The translations under genes were made by a program, and so were the position numbers. 64,000 bases of DNA from an uncultured Pseudomonadota bacterium (GTDB taxonomy: Bacteria; Pseudomonadota; Alphaproteobacteria; JACZXZ01): positions 576,001 to 640,000 of the forward strand of contig CAVVLJ010000021.1 in the NCBI GenBank assembly GCA_963749075.1. The letters run 5' to 3'. Below the pieces are notes generated by a model that did not search any database, had not been told where the DNA came from, and was given only the letters and a program-made list of their open reading frames with translations. This document shows, piece after piece, positions 9,365-22,870 of this stretch; the first letter of the stretch is position 1, and the number at the start of each line of letters is the position of its first letter.

Positions 9365-10732
9365 TTGAATCTCGGCATGTTGCTCGGCAAGCGCGCGGAG
9401 GAGGGCCATCCGGTGCGCGTCGGCCTCATCGGCGCCGGCAAGTTCGGCACCATGTTCTTGGCGCAAGTGCGGCGCACGCCCGGCCTGCAGCTTCTCGGCA
9501 TCGCCGATCTCTCGCTTGCGCGCGCGCGGGCGGCGCTCGAGCGCACCGGCTGGCCCGCGGAGCGGATCGCGGCACCCGGCTTCGCCGCAGCGCTCGCGAG
9601 CGGTGCGGTCGCTTTGACCGACGACGCCGAGGCGCTGATCGCCGCCGACGGCCTCGACGTGGTGATCGAGGCGACCGGCGTGCCCGCGGCGGGCCTGCGC
9701 CACGCGCTCGCGGCCATCCACCGCGGCCGCCACGTGGTCATGGTGACGGTCGAGGCGGACGTGCTCGCAGGTCCCCTCCTCGCGCGCAAGGCCAAGGCGG
9801 CGGGCGTCGTCTATTCCATGGCCTATGGCGACCAGCCGGCGCTCATTGCCGAGCAGGTCGATTGGGCGCGCGCGACAGGATTCGACATCGTGGCCGCGGG
9901 GAAGGGCACCAAGTACCTCCCCGCATACCACCAATCGACGCCGGAGACCGTGTGGTCGCACTACGGCCTCTCGCCCGAGGCCGCGGCGGCCGGCGGCATG
10001 AACGCCCAGATGTTCAATTCCTTCCTCGACGGCACCAAATCGGCGATCGAGATGGCGGCGGTGGCGAATGCGACCGGTCTCACCCCACAGCCGGACGGGC
10101 TCGGCTTCCCGCCCGCAGGCGTCGACGAGCTGCCGCGCGTCTGCCGGCCGCGGAGTGCGGGCGGCGCGCTCGCCCACAAGGGCACGGTCGAGGTGGTCTC
10201 GAGCCTGGAGCGCGACGGCTCGCCCGTCTTCCGCGACCTGCGCTGGGGCGTCTACGTTACCTTCGAGGCGGGAAGCGATTACGTGCAGCGCTGCTTCGCC
10301 GAATACGGGCTCTTGACCGACGAGAGCGGGCGCTACGCCGCACTCTACCGTCCCTACCACCTGATCGGGCTCGAGCTCGGCGTCAGCGTCGCCTCGGCCG
10401 CCCTGCGCGGCGAGGCGACGGGTGCCGCGCGGTTCTTCATGGGCGATGCGGTGGCGACCGCCAAGCGTGATCTCGCAGGCAACGAGATGCTCGACGGCGA
10501 GGGCGGCACCATGGTCTACGGCAAGCTGATGCCGGCCGCGACGTTGCTCGAGCTCGGCTGCCTGCCCATCGGCCTCGCCCACAAGGTCAGGCTCAGGAAC
10601 CCGGTCAAGGCCGGCGCCGTCTTGCGTGCGGCGGACGTGGCACTCGACGACCACGACATCGCCGTGCGCCTGCGCCGCGAGATGGAAGCCGCCTTCGGCT
10701 GCAGCGACCGCCCTCGCGCGGCGGCGCAGTAG
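9365..10732 (+). CDS. Homoserine-dehydrogenase-like NAD(P)H oxidoreductase with C-terminal SAF domain
   Basis: GLIGAGKFG, YGDQP, SFLDGTKSAIEM, AKRDL-GE-LDGEGG. Confidence 0.88.
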   Translation: MNLGMLLGKRAEEGHPVRVGLIGAGKFGTMFLAQVRRTPGLQLLGIADLSLARARAALERTGWPAERIAAPGFAAALASGAVALTDDAEALIAADGLDVVIEATGVPAAGLRHALAAIHRGRHVVMVTVEADVLAGPLLARKAKAAGVVYSMAYGDQPALIAEQVDWARATGFDIVAAGKGTKYLPAYHQSTPETVWSHYGLSPEAAAAGGMNAQMFNSFLDGTKSAIEMAAVANATGLTPQPDGLGFPPAGVDELPRVCRPRSAGGALAHKGTVEVVSSLERDGSPVFRDLRWGVYVTFEAGSDYVQRCFAEYGLLTDESGRYAALYRPYHLIGLELGVSVASAALRGEATGAARFFMGDAVATAKRDLAGNEMLDGEGGTMVYGKLMPAATLLELGCLPIGLAHKVRLRNPVKAGAVLRAADVALDDHDIAVRLRREMEAAFGCSDRPRAAAQ

Positions 10733-10739
10733 GGCTGCC

Positions 10740-11486
10740 ATGGCCGCTGCACTTCTCATCACTGGCGGCAGCCGCGGCATCGGAGCGGCCACCGCCCGCC
10801 TCGCCGCCGGCCGCGGCTACGACGTGTGCATCAGCTACCGCAGCGACCGTGCCGCTGCGGATGCGGTGGTAGCAGCCATCGCCAAGGCCGGCCGGCGCGC
10901 GCTAGCCGTCCAGGGCAATGTCGCCGAGGAGGCGGACGTCGTGCGTCTCTTCGACGAGGCGGAGAAGGCGCTGGGACCGCTCAGCGGCGTCGTCAACAAC
11001 GCCGGCATCGTCGGTCCCGCGAGCCGCGTCGCCGACGTGCCGCTCGCGACCGTCAAGGAGGTCTTCGACATCAACGTGCTCGGCGCCTTCCTCGTGGCGC
11101 GCGAGGCGGTGCGGCGGATGTCGACCACGCGCGGCGGCAAGGGCGGCTCACTCGTCAACCTCTCCTCCATGGCCGCCTTCTTGGGGATGCCCAACGAGTT
11201 CGTGCATTACGCGGTCTCCAAGGGCGCCATCGAGACGCTCACCATCGGCTTGAGCCGCGAGGTGGCGCGCGAGGGCATCCGGGTGAACGCGGTGGCGCCC
11301 GGCCTCATCGCGACCGAGATCCACGCCTCGACCGGGTTGCCCGACCGTCTCGAGCGCCTCGCGCCTCTCGTGCCGATCGGCCGCAGCGGCACGGCCGAGG
11401 AGGTCGCCGAGGCCATCCTCTGGCTGCTCTCGGACGCCGCCTCCTACGTGACCGGCACCTCGCTGCGCGTATCAGGGGGGCGGTAG
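10740..11486 (+). CDS. SDR family oxidoreductase
   Basis: TGGSRGIG, NNAG, YAVSK. Confidence 0.93.
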   Translation: MAAALLITGGSRGIGAATARLAAGRGYDVCISYRSDRAAADAVVAAIAKAGRRALAVQGNVAEEADVVRLFDEAEKALGPLSGVVNNAGIVGPASRVADVPLATVKEVFDINVLGAFLVAREAVRRMSTTRGGKGGSLVNLSSMAAFLGMPNEFVHYAVSKGAIETLTIGLSREVAREGIRVNAVAPGLIATEIHASTGLPDRLERLAPLVPIGRSGTAEEVAEAILWLLSDAASYVTGTSLRVSGGR

Positions 11487-11583
11487 GGGATGATCGCGCG
11501 GCGCTGTTGACAATCCCGCCTCTCCGAGCCCAATTGTGCGGCCCTGAGAGAGCGGGCCAGTCAGTTCGGCGCCATCCCACCCG

Positions 11584-12726
11584 ATGCCAAATCCCCCACC
11601 GACGACCCTCGGACCCGGTTCGCAGGGGCCGCTCGCCGCCTACCGCGCGATGCGCCAGGCGGGCAAGCTCAACCCGGATCCGGCCCAGCTCCTTGCCGCG
11701 GAGAAGCTGCAGGGCCTCGCCAAGGCGCTTGCCGGCTATCGCCCCCTCGATAACGGCAGCGGCTGGAAGGCGCGGCTCGGGCTCGCCGACCGGCGCGGGA
11801 CGCTGCCCCAGGGGCTCTATCTCTTCGGCGAGGCGGGGCGGGGCAAGTCCATGCTCATGGATCTCTTCTTTGCGCACGCGGCAGTACCCCGGAAGCGCCG
11901 CGTCCACTTCCATGCCTTCATGCTCGAGGTGCACGCGCGCATCCACCGCCTGCGCCAGGCGGGGAAGGGCGCCTCCATCGCACCCGTGGCGGCAGCGCTT
12001 GCCGAGGAGGCCTGGCTTCTCTGCTTCGACGAGTTCCACGTCACCGACATCGCCGACGCCATGATCCTCGGGCGCCTTTTCGAGGCGCTCTTCTCGGCGG
12101 GCGTCGTGATCGTCGCCACCTCCAACTATGCACCCGACGAGCTCTACCGCAACGGCCTCAAGCGCGAGCTCTTCCTCCCCTTCATCGCCATCATCAAGGA
12201 GAAGCTCGACGTGCTCCAGCTCGAGGGCGGCGTCGACTGGCGCCGCCGGCGCCTCATCGGCACGCGCACCTACCACGTCCCGCTCGGCGCCGCGGCGAGT
12301 GCCGCCTTGCGCGAGGCCTTCGCAGCGCTGACCGACGGTGCTGCGCCGGCGCCCGACAGCCTCATCGTTCAGGGCCGCACCTTGCGCCTGGCGCGCGCGG
12401 CCCAGGGCGTGCTCCTCGCGAGCTTCGCCGAGCTCTGCGAGGCCACCCTCGGCCCCGCCGATTATCTCGCCCTCGCCCAGCATTTCCGCGCGGTGGTGCT
12501 CGACGGCATTCCCCGCCTCGGCCCCGCGCGGCGCAACGAGGCGCGCCGCTTCGTCACCCTCATCGACGAGCTCTACGAGCATCGCGTGCATCTCGTAGCC
12601 GCTGCCGAGGCCGAGCCCGACCGGCTCTGCCCCGCGGGCGAGGCGGCCGAGCTCTTCCGCCGCGCCGCCTCGCGGCTTATCGAGATGCGCACGGCGGAGT
12701 ATATGGAGCTCGCCCATCTCACGTGA
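11584..12726 (+). CDS. zapE: Cell division ATPase ZapE (AFG1 family)
   Basis: GLYLFGEAGRGKSMLMD, CFDEF, RRFVTLIDELYE; upstream of mdh as usual. Confidence 0.92.
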   Translation: MPNPPPTTLGPGSQGPLAAYRAMRQAGKLNPDPAQLLAAEKLQGLAKALAGYRPLDNGSGWKARLGLADRRGTLPQGLYLFGEAGRGKSMLMDLFFAHAAVPRKRRVHFHAFMLEVHARIHRLRQAGKGASIAPVAAALAEEAWLLCFDEFHVTDIADAMILGRLFEALFSAGVVIVATSNYAPDELYRNGLKRELFLPFIAIIKEKLDVLQLEGGVDWRRRRLIGTRTYHVPLGAAASAALREAFAALTDGAAPAPDSLIVQGRTLRLARAAQGVLLASFAELCEATLGPADYLALAQHFRAVVLDGIPRLGPARRNEARRFVTLIDELYEHRVHLVAAAEAEPDRLCPAGEAAELFRRAASRLIEMRTAEYMELAHLT

Positions 12727-12735
12727 GGCGGTGCC

Positions 12736-13744
12736 ATGAAGGCCTATCAGCTGGGCGAGCCTTTCGGCCTCGAGGCCTTGCGCCTCTTAGACCTGCCCGA
12801 GCCTGAGCCGGGACCCGGCGAGGTCAAGCTGCGCGTGCGCGCCGTCTCGCTCAACTACCGCGACCTCCTCATCGCCAAGGGCGACTACAGCCGCCGCCTG
12901 CCGCTGCCGCTCGTGCCGGGCTCGGACGGTGCGGGCGAGGTGGCGAGCGTGGGCGAGGGGGTGCGGCACTTCGCCCCTGGCGACCGCGTCGTCGCCGCCT
13001 TCTTCCAGCGCTGGCTCGAGGGGCCGATCGGGCCTGCGGCGCGCGCCTCCGCACTCGGCGCCGGCAGGGCCGGCATGCTCGCCGAATATGTGGTGCTGCG
13101 CGAAGAGGGGCTGCTCGAGGTGCCGGCGCACCTCTCATTCGAGGAGGCGGCGTGCCTGCCCTGCGCCGGCGTCACCGCCTGGCATGCCCTCGAGGCCGCA
13201 AGGCCGCTCGCCGAGGGCGAGAGCGTGCTCACGCAAGGCTCGGGCGGCGTCTCCCTCTTCGCCCTCCAGTTCGCCAAGCTGCGCGGCGCCCGCGTCATCG
13301 CCACCTCGAGCCGCGACGAGCGCTGCCAGCGCCTCAAGTCCCTCGGCGCCGACGAGACGATCAATTACCGCGACCAGCCCGAGTGGGACCGCCGGGTGCT
13401 CGAGCTCACGGGCGGCCAAGGCGTCGACCGCGTCGTCGAGGTGGGCGGTGCGGGCACGCTCGCAGCACTCGCTCCGCGCCGTGCGCGTGGGCGGCCTCAT
13501 CGCCGTCATCGGCGTGCTCGCGGGCAAGGGCTCCTTCGACCCCATGCCGCTCATCATGAAGAGCGTGCGCCTCCACGGCATCAGCGTCGGGCCCAAGGAG
13601 ATGTTCGAGGCGATGAACCGCACCATCGCGGCGAGCGGCTTGCGCCCGATCATCGACCGCGTCTTCCCCATGGCCGGGCTCCCCGCGGCCTTGCGCCACA
13701 TGGAGGCGGGGGCGCATTTCGGGAAGATTTGCGTGGCCGTGTGA
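12736..13744 (+). CDS. MDR-family NAD(P)-dependent alcohol dehydrogenase, frameshifted near 13463
   Basis: SLNYRD, PGSDGAG, LPCAGVTAW, GSGGVS; C-terminal HFGKI in a second frame. Confidence 0.88.
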
Positions 13745-13771
13745 GGGAATTATCCCCTGGACGCACGTAGT

Positions 13772-14180
13772 TTACGATGCCCGTCGTATCCGCGCCTTGA
13801 ACCAATCCGTGATCTCATCAAGCGCCATGGCGCCTGTTGCGGCCGCCAGAATCATTTCTTCGAACGCGTCGTCAATCGATTCGTTCGAGTCGAGTGCAGA
13901 AAGCCGGTAGCCGCTATTCACGATGAGGGTATGGGCGAGAATGATGGTCGTCCGTTTGTTGCCGTCCGCAAATCCATGGTTGTTCACCATGGATTGCACG
14001 AGTGCGGAAGCCTTTCGCTCTATAAGACGATAATAGCCGCTGTATGGCCTCTGGATCGCCGATTCGACTAGGTCTCGATGCGGGATTCCAGGCAAGCCGC
14101 CAGTTCTAAGCGCTCGCTCATGAGCACTTCATGAGCACTTAGAGCATCGGCGAGCGTGATTCGATAGTGCCGCTTACCGA
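13772..14180 (-). pseudogene. Doc/Fic-family toxin disrupted by an 11-bp tandem duplication
   Basis: HGFADGNKRT Doc motif. CATGAGCACTT is duplicated at 14119-14140, shifting the N-terminus (KRHYRITLADALSAHE) out of frame. Confidence 0.8.
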
Positions 14181-14413
14181 TTGGCGAGCCGTTTCAGCGC
14201 ACGATCATAGAGCCTAACCGCTTCGTCCATGGCCCTTACCGATTTGCTGCTCGTAACATAGGTGTGGCGCTCCCCACCTGAGTCCACATGCCAGACCTCG
14301 CGATGGGAAGTGCTGTGGGCTTTGCTGGCCTCGGACAGAGTTCTGCCGGCCAGCGCTTTCTCAGCCCTCCCGGAGCGTGGTTCACCAGATTTGCCGTTCT
14401 TCCGCTGTGCCAT
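14174..14413 (-). CDS. Probable antitoxin of the Doc module
   Basis: Small ORF overlapping the toxin start and ending YDRALKRLANR, typical of Doc partners. Confidence 0.65.
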   Translation of the reverse strand: MAQRKNGKSGEPRSGRAEKALAGRTLSEASKAHSTSHREVWHVDSGGERHTYVTSSKSVRAMDEAVRLYDRALKRLANR

Positions 14414-14758
14414 GGCGGCCCTTTTCACTCTCTGATAGTATGGAGATATATCATTCGTATTAATACGATAGTATAGTAGGACACACGGGAGCAATCTTTT
14501 TATTGTAAACCACATTGCATGACGAATGCGCAATAAAATGCGCGCTCACAAACCGTTATTTCCATAGACGCGCCGCCGCACTTGCGGTGTCTCCCATTAC
14601 CGATAATCATTGCGGTGTGGGGGATAGGACGGCCATCCGACACACGCCGCACTCGGTCGTGCTTCTCCTCCATCCTTTCATCGGAGCCCGATCGGAGCGG
14701 GGATGGCGGGCGATATTCTGCGCGGCGAATGGGTGCGTCTCAACCGGAGGGTTTGAGC

Positions 14759-15191
14759 GTGGCGAGCGAGGCGCCCAACGTCAAGGCCGTCCGTGCCGAG
14801 AAGGATCGCCATCTGGTCATCACCTGGAAGGGCGGGGCGGAAGCTGTCGTCGATGTGTCGAAGCATCTCGCGGAGTATGCGATCTTCACGCCGCTCCGCG
14901 CCGACGACGCGTTCTTTCACAAGGCCGCGGTCGGCGAGCGGGGCTGGTGCGTCCGCTGGTCCGGACGACATGGAGATTTCCTCCGACACGCTCTGGCGTC
15001 TGGCGCTCGAGCAGGGAAGTGCCACGCTGCGGTCATGGCGCAAGGCGCACCGCATGACGCAGGCCGAGGCCGCCGCGGCCTTGGGCGTGAGTCCTCGGAT
15101 GTGGCGCTATTATGAGGCCGGGTCGCACCTTCTGCCCAAGACCGTGCGGCTTGCTTGTGCCGGTCTCGATGCAGAGGCAAGGGCAGCGTGA
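14759..15191 (+). CDS. DUF2442 plus HTH antitoxin-like protein, frameshifted near 14960
   Basis: L-ITW-GG...F-PL...GW-V-W / DDMEISSDTLW, followed by TQAEAAAALGVSPRM HTH. Confidence 0.7.
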
Positions 15192-15234
15192 GAGCCTCCG
15201 CGCTCTTGGCCGCCCCGCGACCGCCGCAAAGTGA

Positions 15235-17601
<2,367 letters not shown>

Positions 17602-17602
17602 C

Positions 17603-18478
<876 letters not shown>

Positions 18479-18510
18479 AGGTGCGGCGAGCGGGGTCGCG
18501 CTAGGACGCA

Positions 18511-18608
18511 CCCCCCACCCCAACCCTCCCCCTCAAGGGGGGAGGGGGTAAGCGACCGGGGGCGATAGAATTTCCCCTCCCCCTTGAGGGGGAGGGTCGG
18601 GAGGGGGG
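18511..18608. repeat. REP-like extragenic palindrome pair (CCCTCCCCCTCAAGGGGGGAGGG type)
   Basis: Two inverted hairpin units; related copies at 34134-34233 and 38017-38105. Confidence 0.85.
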
Positions 18609-18656
18609 TAGGTTGGCAAGCGCGGCGCAGCATTGGCAGGCAACTCCGGATCGATT

Positions 18657-21518
18657 ATGAGCAACCGTCTCGAGACCGAGCGACAATCCTTTCTCTTCGG
18701 CTCCAATGCCGACTTCATCGCCGAGCTCTACGGCCGCTTCCTCGCGGACCCGGGAAGCGTCGACGCGGGCTGGGCGGCCTTCTTCCGCGGCTTGCACGAC
18801 GATCCCGCGAGCGTGCTCGGCGAGGTGCGCGGGGCGAGCTGGGCGCCGCGCGGAAGCATGATCGCCGACGGCTCGGAGACGCCGCCGGCCCCAGCCAAGG
18901 GCAACGGCGCCACAGCACAACTCAGCGCCGAGGAGGTGCGCCAGGCCCAGCGCGACGTGCTGAGCGCCATCATGATGATCCGCGCCTATCGCGTGCGCGG
19001 CCACCTCATCGCCAACCTCGACCCGCTCGGCCTCGAGAAGCGCAAGTACCATCCCGAGCTCGACTACAAGACCTACGGCTTCACCGACGCCGATCTCGAC
19101 CGCCCGATCTTCATCAACAACGTGCTCGGCCTCGAGAGCGCCTCCTTGCGCGACATCGTCAAGCGCGCGCGAGAGACCTATTGCGGCAACGTCGGCGTCG
19201 AGTACATGCACATCCAGGACGCCGACCAGAAGCAGTGGATCCAGGAGCGCATCGAGGGCCACAACCGCACCGAGTTCACCAGCAAGGGCAAGCAGGCGAT
19301 CCTCGAGCGCCTGACCGCCGCCGAGGTCTTCGAGCGCTTCCTCGACAAGAAGTTCACCGGCACCAAGCGCTTCGGCCTCGATGGCGCCGAGACGCTCATC
19401 CCGGCGCTCGAGCAGATCATCAAGGTGGGCGGCCGGCTCGGCATCGAGGAGATCGTCATCGGCATGCCGCACCGCGGCCGCCTCAACGTGCTCGCCAACG
19501 TGATGAGCAAGCCCTTCACCGCGATCTTCGCCGAGTTCGAGGGCCATGCCGCACCCGACGAGGTGCTCGGCTCGGGCGACGTGAAGTACCACCTCGGTAC
19601 CTCGTCGGACCGCGAGTTCGACGGCAAGAACGTCCACCTCTCGCTCACCGCCAATCCCTCGCATCTCGAGGCGGTCGATCCGGTGGTGCTCGGCAAGGCG
19701 CGCGCCAAGCAGCGCCTGCGCGGCGACGCCGAGCGCTCGCAGGTCATGGGCCTCCTGATGCACGGCGACGCCGCCTTTGCCGGGCAAGGCATCGTGGCGG
19801 AGACCTTCGAGCTCTCCGAGCTCTACGACTACCGCATCGGCGGCACCATCCATTTCGTGGTCAACAACCAGATCGGCTTCACCACCAATCCCGCCAACGC
19901 GCGCACCGGCGCCTATTGCTCGGACATGGGCAAGGTGGTGCAGGCGCCGATCTTCCACGTCAACGGCGACGACCCGGAGGCGGTGGTCCACGTCTCGCGC
20001 ATCTCAACCGAGTTCCGCCAGCGCTTCAAGCGCGACGTGGTGATCGACATGTTCTGCTACCGCCGCCACGGCCACAACGAGATCGACGAGCCCGCCTTCA
20101 CCCAGCCGCGCATGTACCGCAAGATCGCCCAGCACCCGACGACGCGTCAGCTCTACGCGGAGAAGCTCGCCGCGGAGGGCGAGGTCTCGGCCGAGGCGGC
20201 CGAGGCGCTGGTGGCCGGCTTCAACGCCCGGCTCGAGCGCGACTTCGAGGCGGCCAAGAGCTATCGCGTCAACAAGGCCGACTGGCTCGAGGGCGCCTGG
20301 AGCGGCTTCGACGTGGCGCGCGGCGAGGCGCGGCGCGGCGAGACCGCGGTCGAGCTCGACGCGCTGCGCCGGATCGGCCTCAAGCTCTGCGCCTGGCCCG
20401 AGGGCTTCCGCATCAACCGCAAGCTCGCGCGCTTGCTCGAGCAGAAGCGCAAGTTGATCGAGACGGGCGAGGGCATCGACTGGGCGACCGCCGAGGCGCT
20501 CGCCTTCGGCTCGCTTGTCGTCGAGGGCACGCCCGTGCGGCTCTCCGGACAGGATTCGGGCCGCGGCACCTTCTCCCAGCGCCACGCGGTCTGGGTCGAC
20601 CAGGAGAGCGAGGAGAAATACGTGCCGCTCGCCAATCTCGCGGCGGACCAGGCCGACTTCCGCGTCATCGACAGCCCGCTCGCCGAGGCCTCGGTGCTCG
20701 GCTTCGAGTACGGCTATTCGCTCGCCGACCCGCGCTCGCTCGTGCTGTGGGAGGCGCAGTTCGGCGACTTCGCCAACGGCGCCCAGGTGATCATCGACCA
20801 GTTCTTGAGCTCGGGCGAGAGCAAGTGGCTGCGCATGTCGGGCCTCGTGCTTCTTCTGCCCCACGGCTACGAGGGCCAGGGGCCCGAGCACAGCTCGGCG
20901 CGGCTCGAGCGCTATCTGCAGCTCTGCGGCGAGGACAATATGCAGGTCGTCAATTGCTCGACGCCTTCGCAATATTTCCACGCGCTCAGGCGCCAGATGC
21001 GGCGCAACTTCCGCAAGCCGCTCGTGGTGATGACGCCCAAGTCGCTGCTGCGCCACCGCCATTGCGTCTCCCGGCTCGCCGACATGGGGCCGGGCACCAG
21101 CTTCCACCGCGTCTACTACGACTGGGCGCCGCGCCTGCCCGACGGCGGGATCGCGCGCATCGTGCTGTGCTCCGGCAAGGTCTATTACGACATCCTCGAG
21201 GAGCTCGAGAAGCGCGGGCTCAAGGAGGTCTATCTCCTCCGCCTCGAGCAGCTCTATCCCTTCCCGGTGCGCGCACTCTCCGCCGAGCTGGCGCGCTTCA
21301 AGCAGGCCGAGTTCGTCTGGTGCCAGGAGGAGCCGCGCAACATGGGCGCCTGGTCCTTCGTCGGGCCGCGCCTGGAGGAGGTCCTCGCCGCCGTCGGCGC
21401 CGCGCGCCCGCGCCCCATCTACGCCGGCCGCGCCGAGTCCGCCTCGCCGGCGACCGGCCTCCATGCGCGCCACGTCCAGGAACAGAAGCGGCTGATCGAC
21501 GAGGCGCTCTCGCTCTGA
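18657..21518 (+). CDS. sucA: 2-oxoglutarate dehydrogenase E1
   Basis: GMPHRGRLN, GDVKYHLG, HGDAAFAGQG, WEAQFGDF, GPEHSSAR. Confidence 0.98.
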   Translation: MSNRLETERQSFLFGSNADFIAELYGRFLADPGSVDAGWAAFFRGLHDDPASVLGEVRGASWAPRGSMIADGSETPPAPAKGNGATAQLSAEEVRQAQRDVLSAIMMIRAYRVRGHLIANLDPLGLEKRKYHPELDYKTYGFTDADLDRPIFINNVLGLESASLRDIVKRARETYCGNVGVEYMHIQDADQKQWIQERIEGHNRTEFTSKGKQAILERLTAAEVFERFLDKKFTGTKRFGLDGAETLIPALEQIIKVGGRLGIEEIVIGMPHRGRLNVLANVMSKPFTAIFAEFEGHAAPDEVLGSGDVKYHLGTSSDREFDGKNVHLSLTANPSHLEAVDPVVLGKARAKQRLRGDAERSQVMGLLMHGDAAFAGQGIVAETFELSELYDYRIGGTIHFVVNNQIGFTTNPANARTGAYCSDMGKVVQAPIFHVNGDDPEAVVHVSRISTEFRQRFKRDVVIDMFCYRRHGHNEIDEPAFTQPRMYRKIAQHPTTRQLYAEKLAAEGEVSAEAAEALVAGFNARLERDFEAAKSYRVNKADWLEGAWSGFDVARGEARRGETAVELDALRRIGLKLCAWPEGFRINRKLARLLEQKRKLIETGEGIDWATAEALAFGSLVVEGTPVRLSGQDSGRGTFSQRHAVWVDQESEEKYVPLANLAADQADFRVIDSPLAEASVLGFEYGYSLADPRSLVLWEAQFGDFANGAQVIIDQFLSSGESKWLRMSGLVLLLPHGYEGQGPEHSSARLERYLQLCGEDNMQVVNCSTPSQYFHALRRQMRRNFRKPLVVMTPKSLLRHRHCVSRLADMGPGTSFHRVYYDWAPRLPDGGIARIVLCSGKVYYDILEELEKRGLKEVYLLRLEQLYPFPVRALSAELARFKQAEFVWCQEEPRNMGAWSFVGPRLEEVLAAVGAARPRPIYAGRAESASPATGLHARHVQEQKRLIDEALSL

Positions 21519-21552
21519 GCGGGTGCTGCACGGCTGAGAGGGAATGGATGCC

Positions 21553-22863
21553 ATGGCGACCAACATCGTGGTGCCGACGCTCGGCGAGTCGGTGAGCGAG
21601 GCGACGGTCTCGAAATGGCTCAAGCGCGCGGGCGAGGCGGTCGCGATGGACGACCCGCTCGTCGAGCTCGAGACCGACAAGGTGACCCTCGAGGTGCCCT
21701 CGCCCGTGGCCGGAACCCTCGGCGAGATACTGGCACCGGAGGGCAGCACCGTCCTGGTCGGCGCCACGCTCGCGATCGTCGAGGACGGCGCCGGCGCCCC
21801 GGCGAAGGCAGCTCCCGCCAAACCCGCTCCGGCGGCACCGCCGCCCGCCGCTCCGGCCCCGCCCGCCGCCGCTCCGGCTCCGGCCGCCGCGGCTCCGGCA
21901 ACGGCTGCCGACGTGCTGGCGCCCGCGGTGCGCAAGCTCGTCGAGGAGAACGCCCTCGATCCCGCCGCGATTCCCGCCTCGGGCAAGGACGGCCGCCTCA
22001 CCAAGGGCGACGTGCTCGCCTATCTCGAGAGCCGGGCGAAGCCCGCCTCAGCACCGCCGCCTCCGCCCGCGGCACCTGCAGCGCCGGCATCTGCAGCACC
22101 CGCACCCGCACCCGCAGCGCCGGCGCCCGCGGCAGCGGCAGCACCTCCCGCCGCGGCGGAAGGCGCCCGCGAGGAGCGCGTGCACATGTCGCGCTTGAGG
22201 CGCACCATCGCGGCCCGCCTGAAAGAGGCGCAGAACAGCGCCGCCATGCTCACCACCTTCAACGAGGCGGACATGTCGGCGGTGATGGCGCTCAGGGCCC
22301 GCTACCGCGACAGCTTCGAGAAGCGGCACGGCGTGCGGCTCGGCTTCATGTCCTTCTTCGTCAAGGCCTGCGTGGTCGGCCTCAAGGAGCTGCCCTCCGT
22401 CAATGCGCAGATCGACGGCGAGGACATCGTCTACAAGAACCACTATGACTTCGGCGTCGCAATCGGCAGCGGCCAGGGCCTGGTGGTGCCGGTGGTGCGC
22501 GACGTGGACAGGAAGTCGTTCGCCGTGCTCGAGAAGGAGATCGGCGCCTTGAGCGCCCGCGCGCACGACGGCAAGCTCACCATCGAGGAGCTGACCGGCG
22601 GCACCTTCACCATCACCAACGGCGGCATCTACGGCTCGCTCATGTCGACGCCCATCATCAACCCGCCCCAGAGCGCCATCCTCGGCATGCACAAGATCGC
22701 CGAGCGCCCGGTCGCGATCCAAGGCAAGATCGAGATCAGGCCGATGATGTATCTCGCCGTCTCCTACGACCACCGCATCATCGACGGCCGCGAGGCGGTG
22801 AGCTTCCTCGTGCGCGTCAAGGAGTGCATCGAGGATCCGGAGCGCTTGCTGCTCGACATGTGA
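21553..22863 (+). CDS. sucB: Dihydrolipoamide succinyltransferase E2
   Basis: ETDK lipoyl site, Ala/Pro linkers, SYDHRIIDG. Confidence 0.98.
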   Translation: MATNIVVPTLGESVSEATVSKWLKRAGEAVAMDDPLVELETDKVTLEVPSPVAGTLGEILAPEGSTVLVGATLAIVEDGAGAPAKAAPAKPAPAAPPPAAPAPPAAAPAPAAAAPATAADVLAPAVRKLVEENALDPAAIPASGKDGRLTKGDVLAYLESRAKPASAPPPPPAAPAAPASAAPAPAPAAPAPAAAAAPPAAAEGAREERVHMSRLRRTIAARLKEAQNSAAMLTTFNEADMSAVMALRARYRDSFEKRHGVRLGFMSFFVKACVVGLKELPSVNAQIDGEDIVYKNHYDFGVAIGSGQGLVVPVVRDVDRKSFAVLEKEIGALSARAHDGKLTIEELTGGTFTITNGGIYGSLMSTPIINPPQSAILGMHKIAERPVAIQGKIEIRPMMYLAVSYDHRIIDGREAVSFLVRVKECIEDPERLLLDM

Positions 22864-22870
22864 GGGTGCG

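Noticed and set aside
21790-22160. Ala/Pro low-complexity repeats in sucB (also ctpA and the deacetylase) and the EKARLEA repeats in envC
   Set aside because: Ordinary flexible linkers and coiled-coil repeats.
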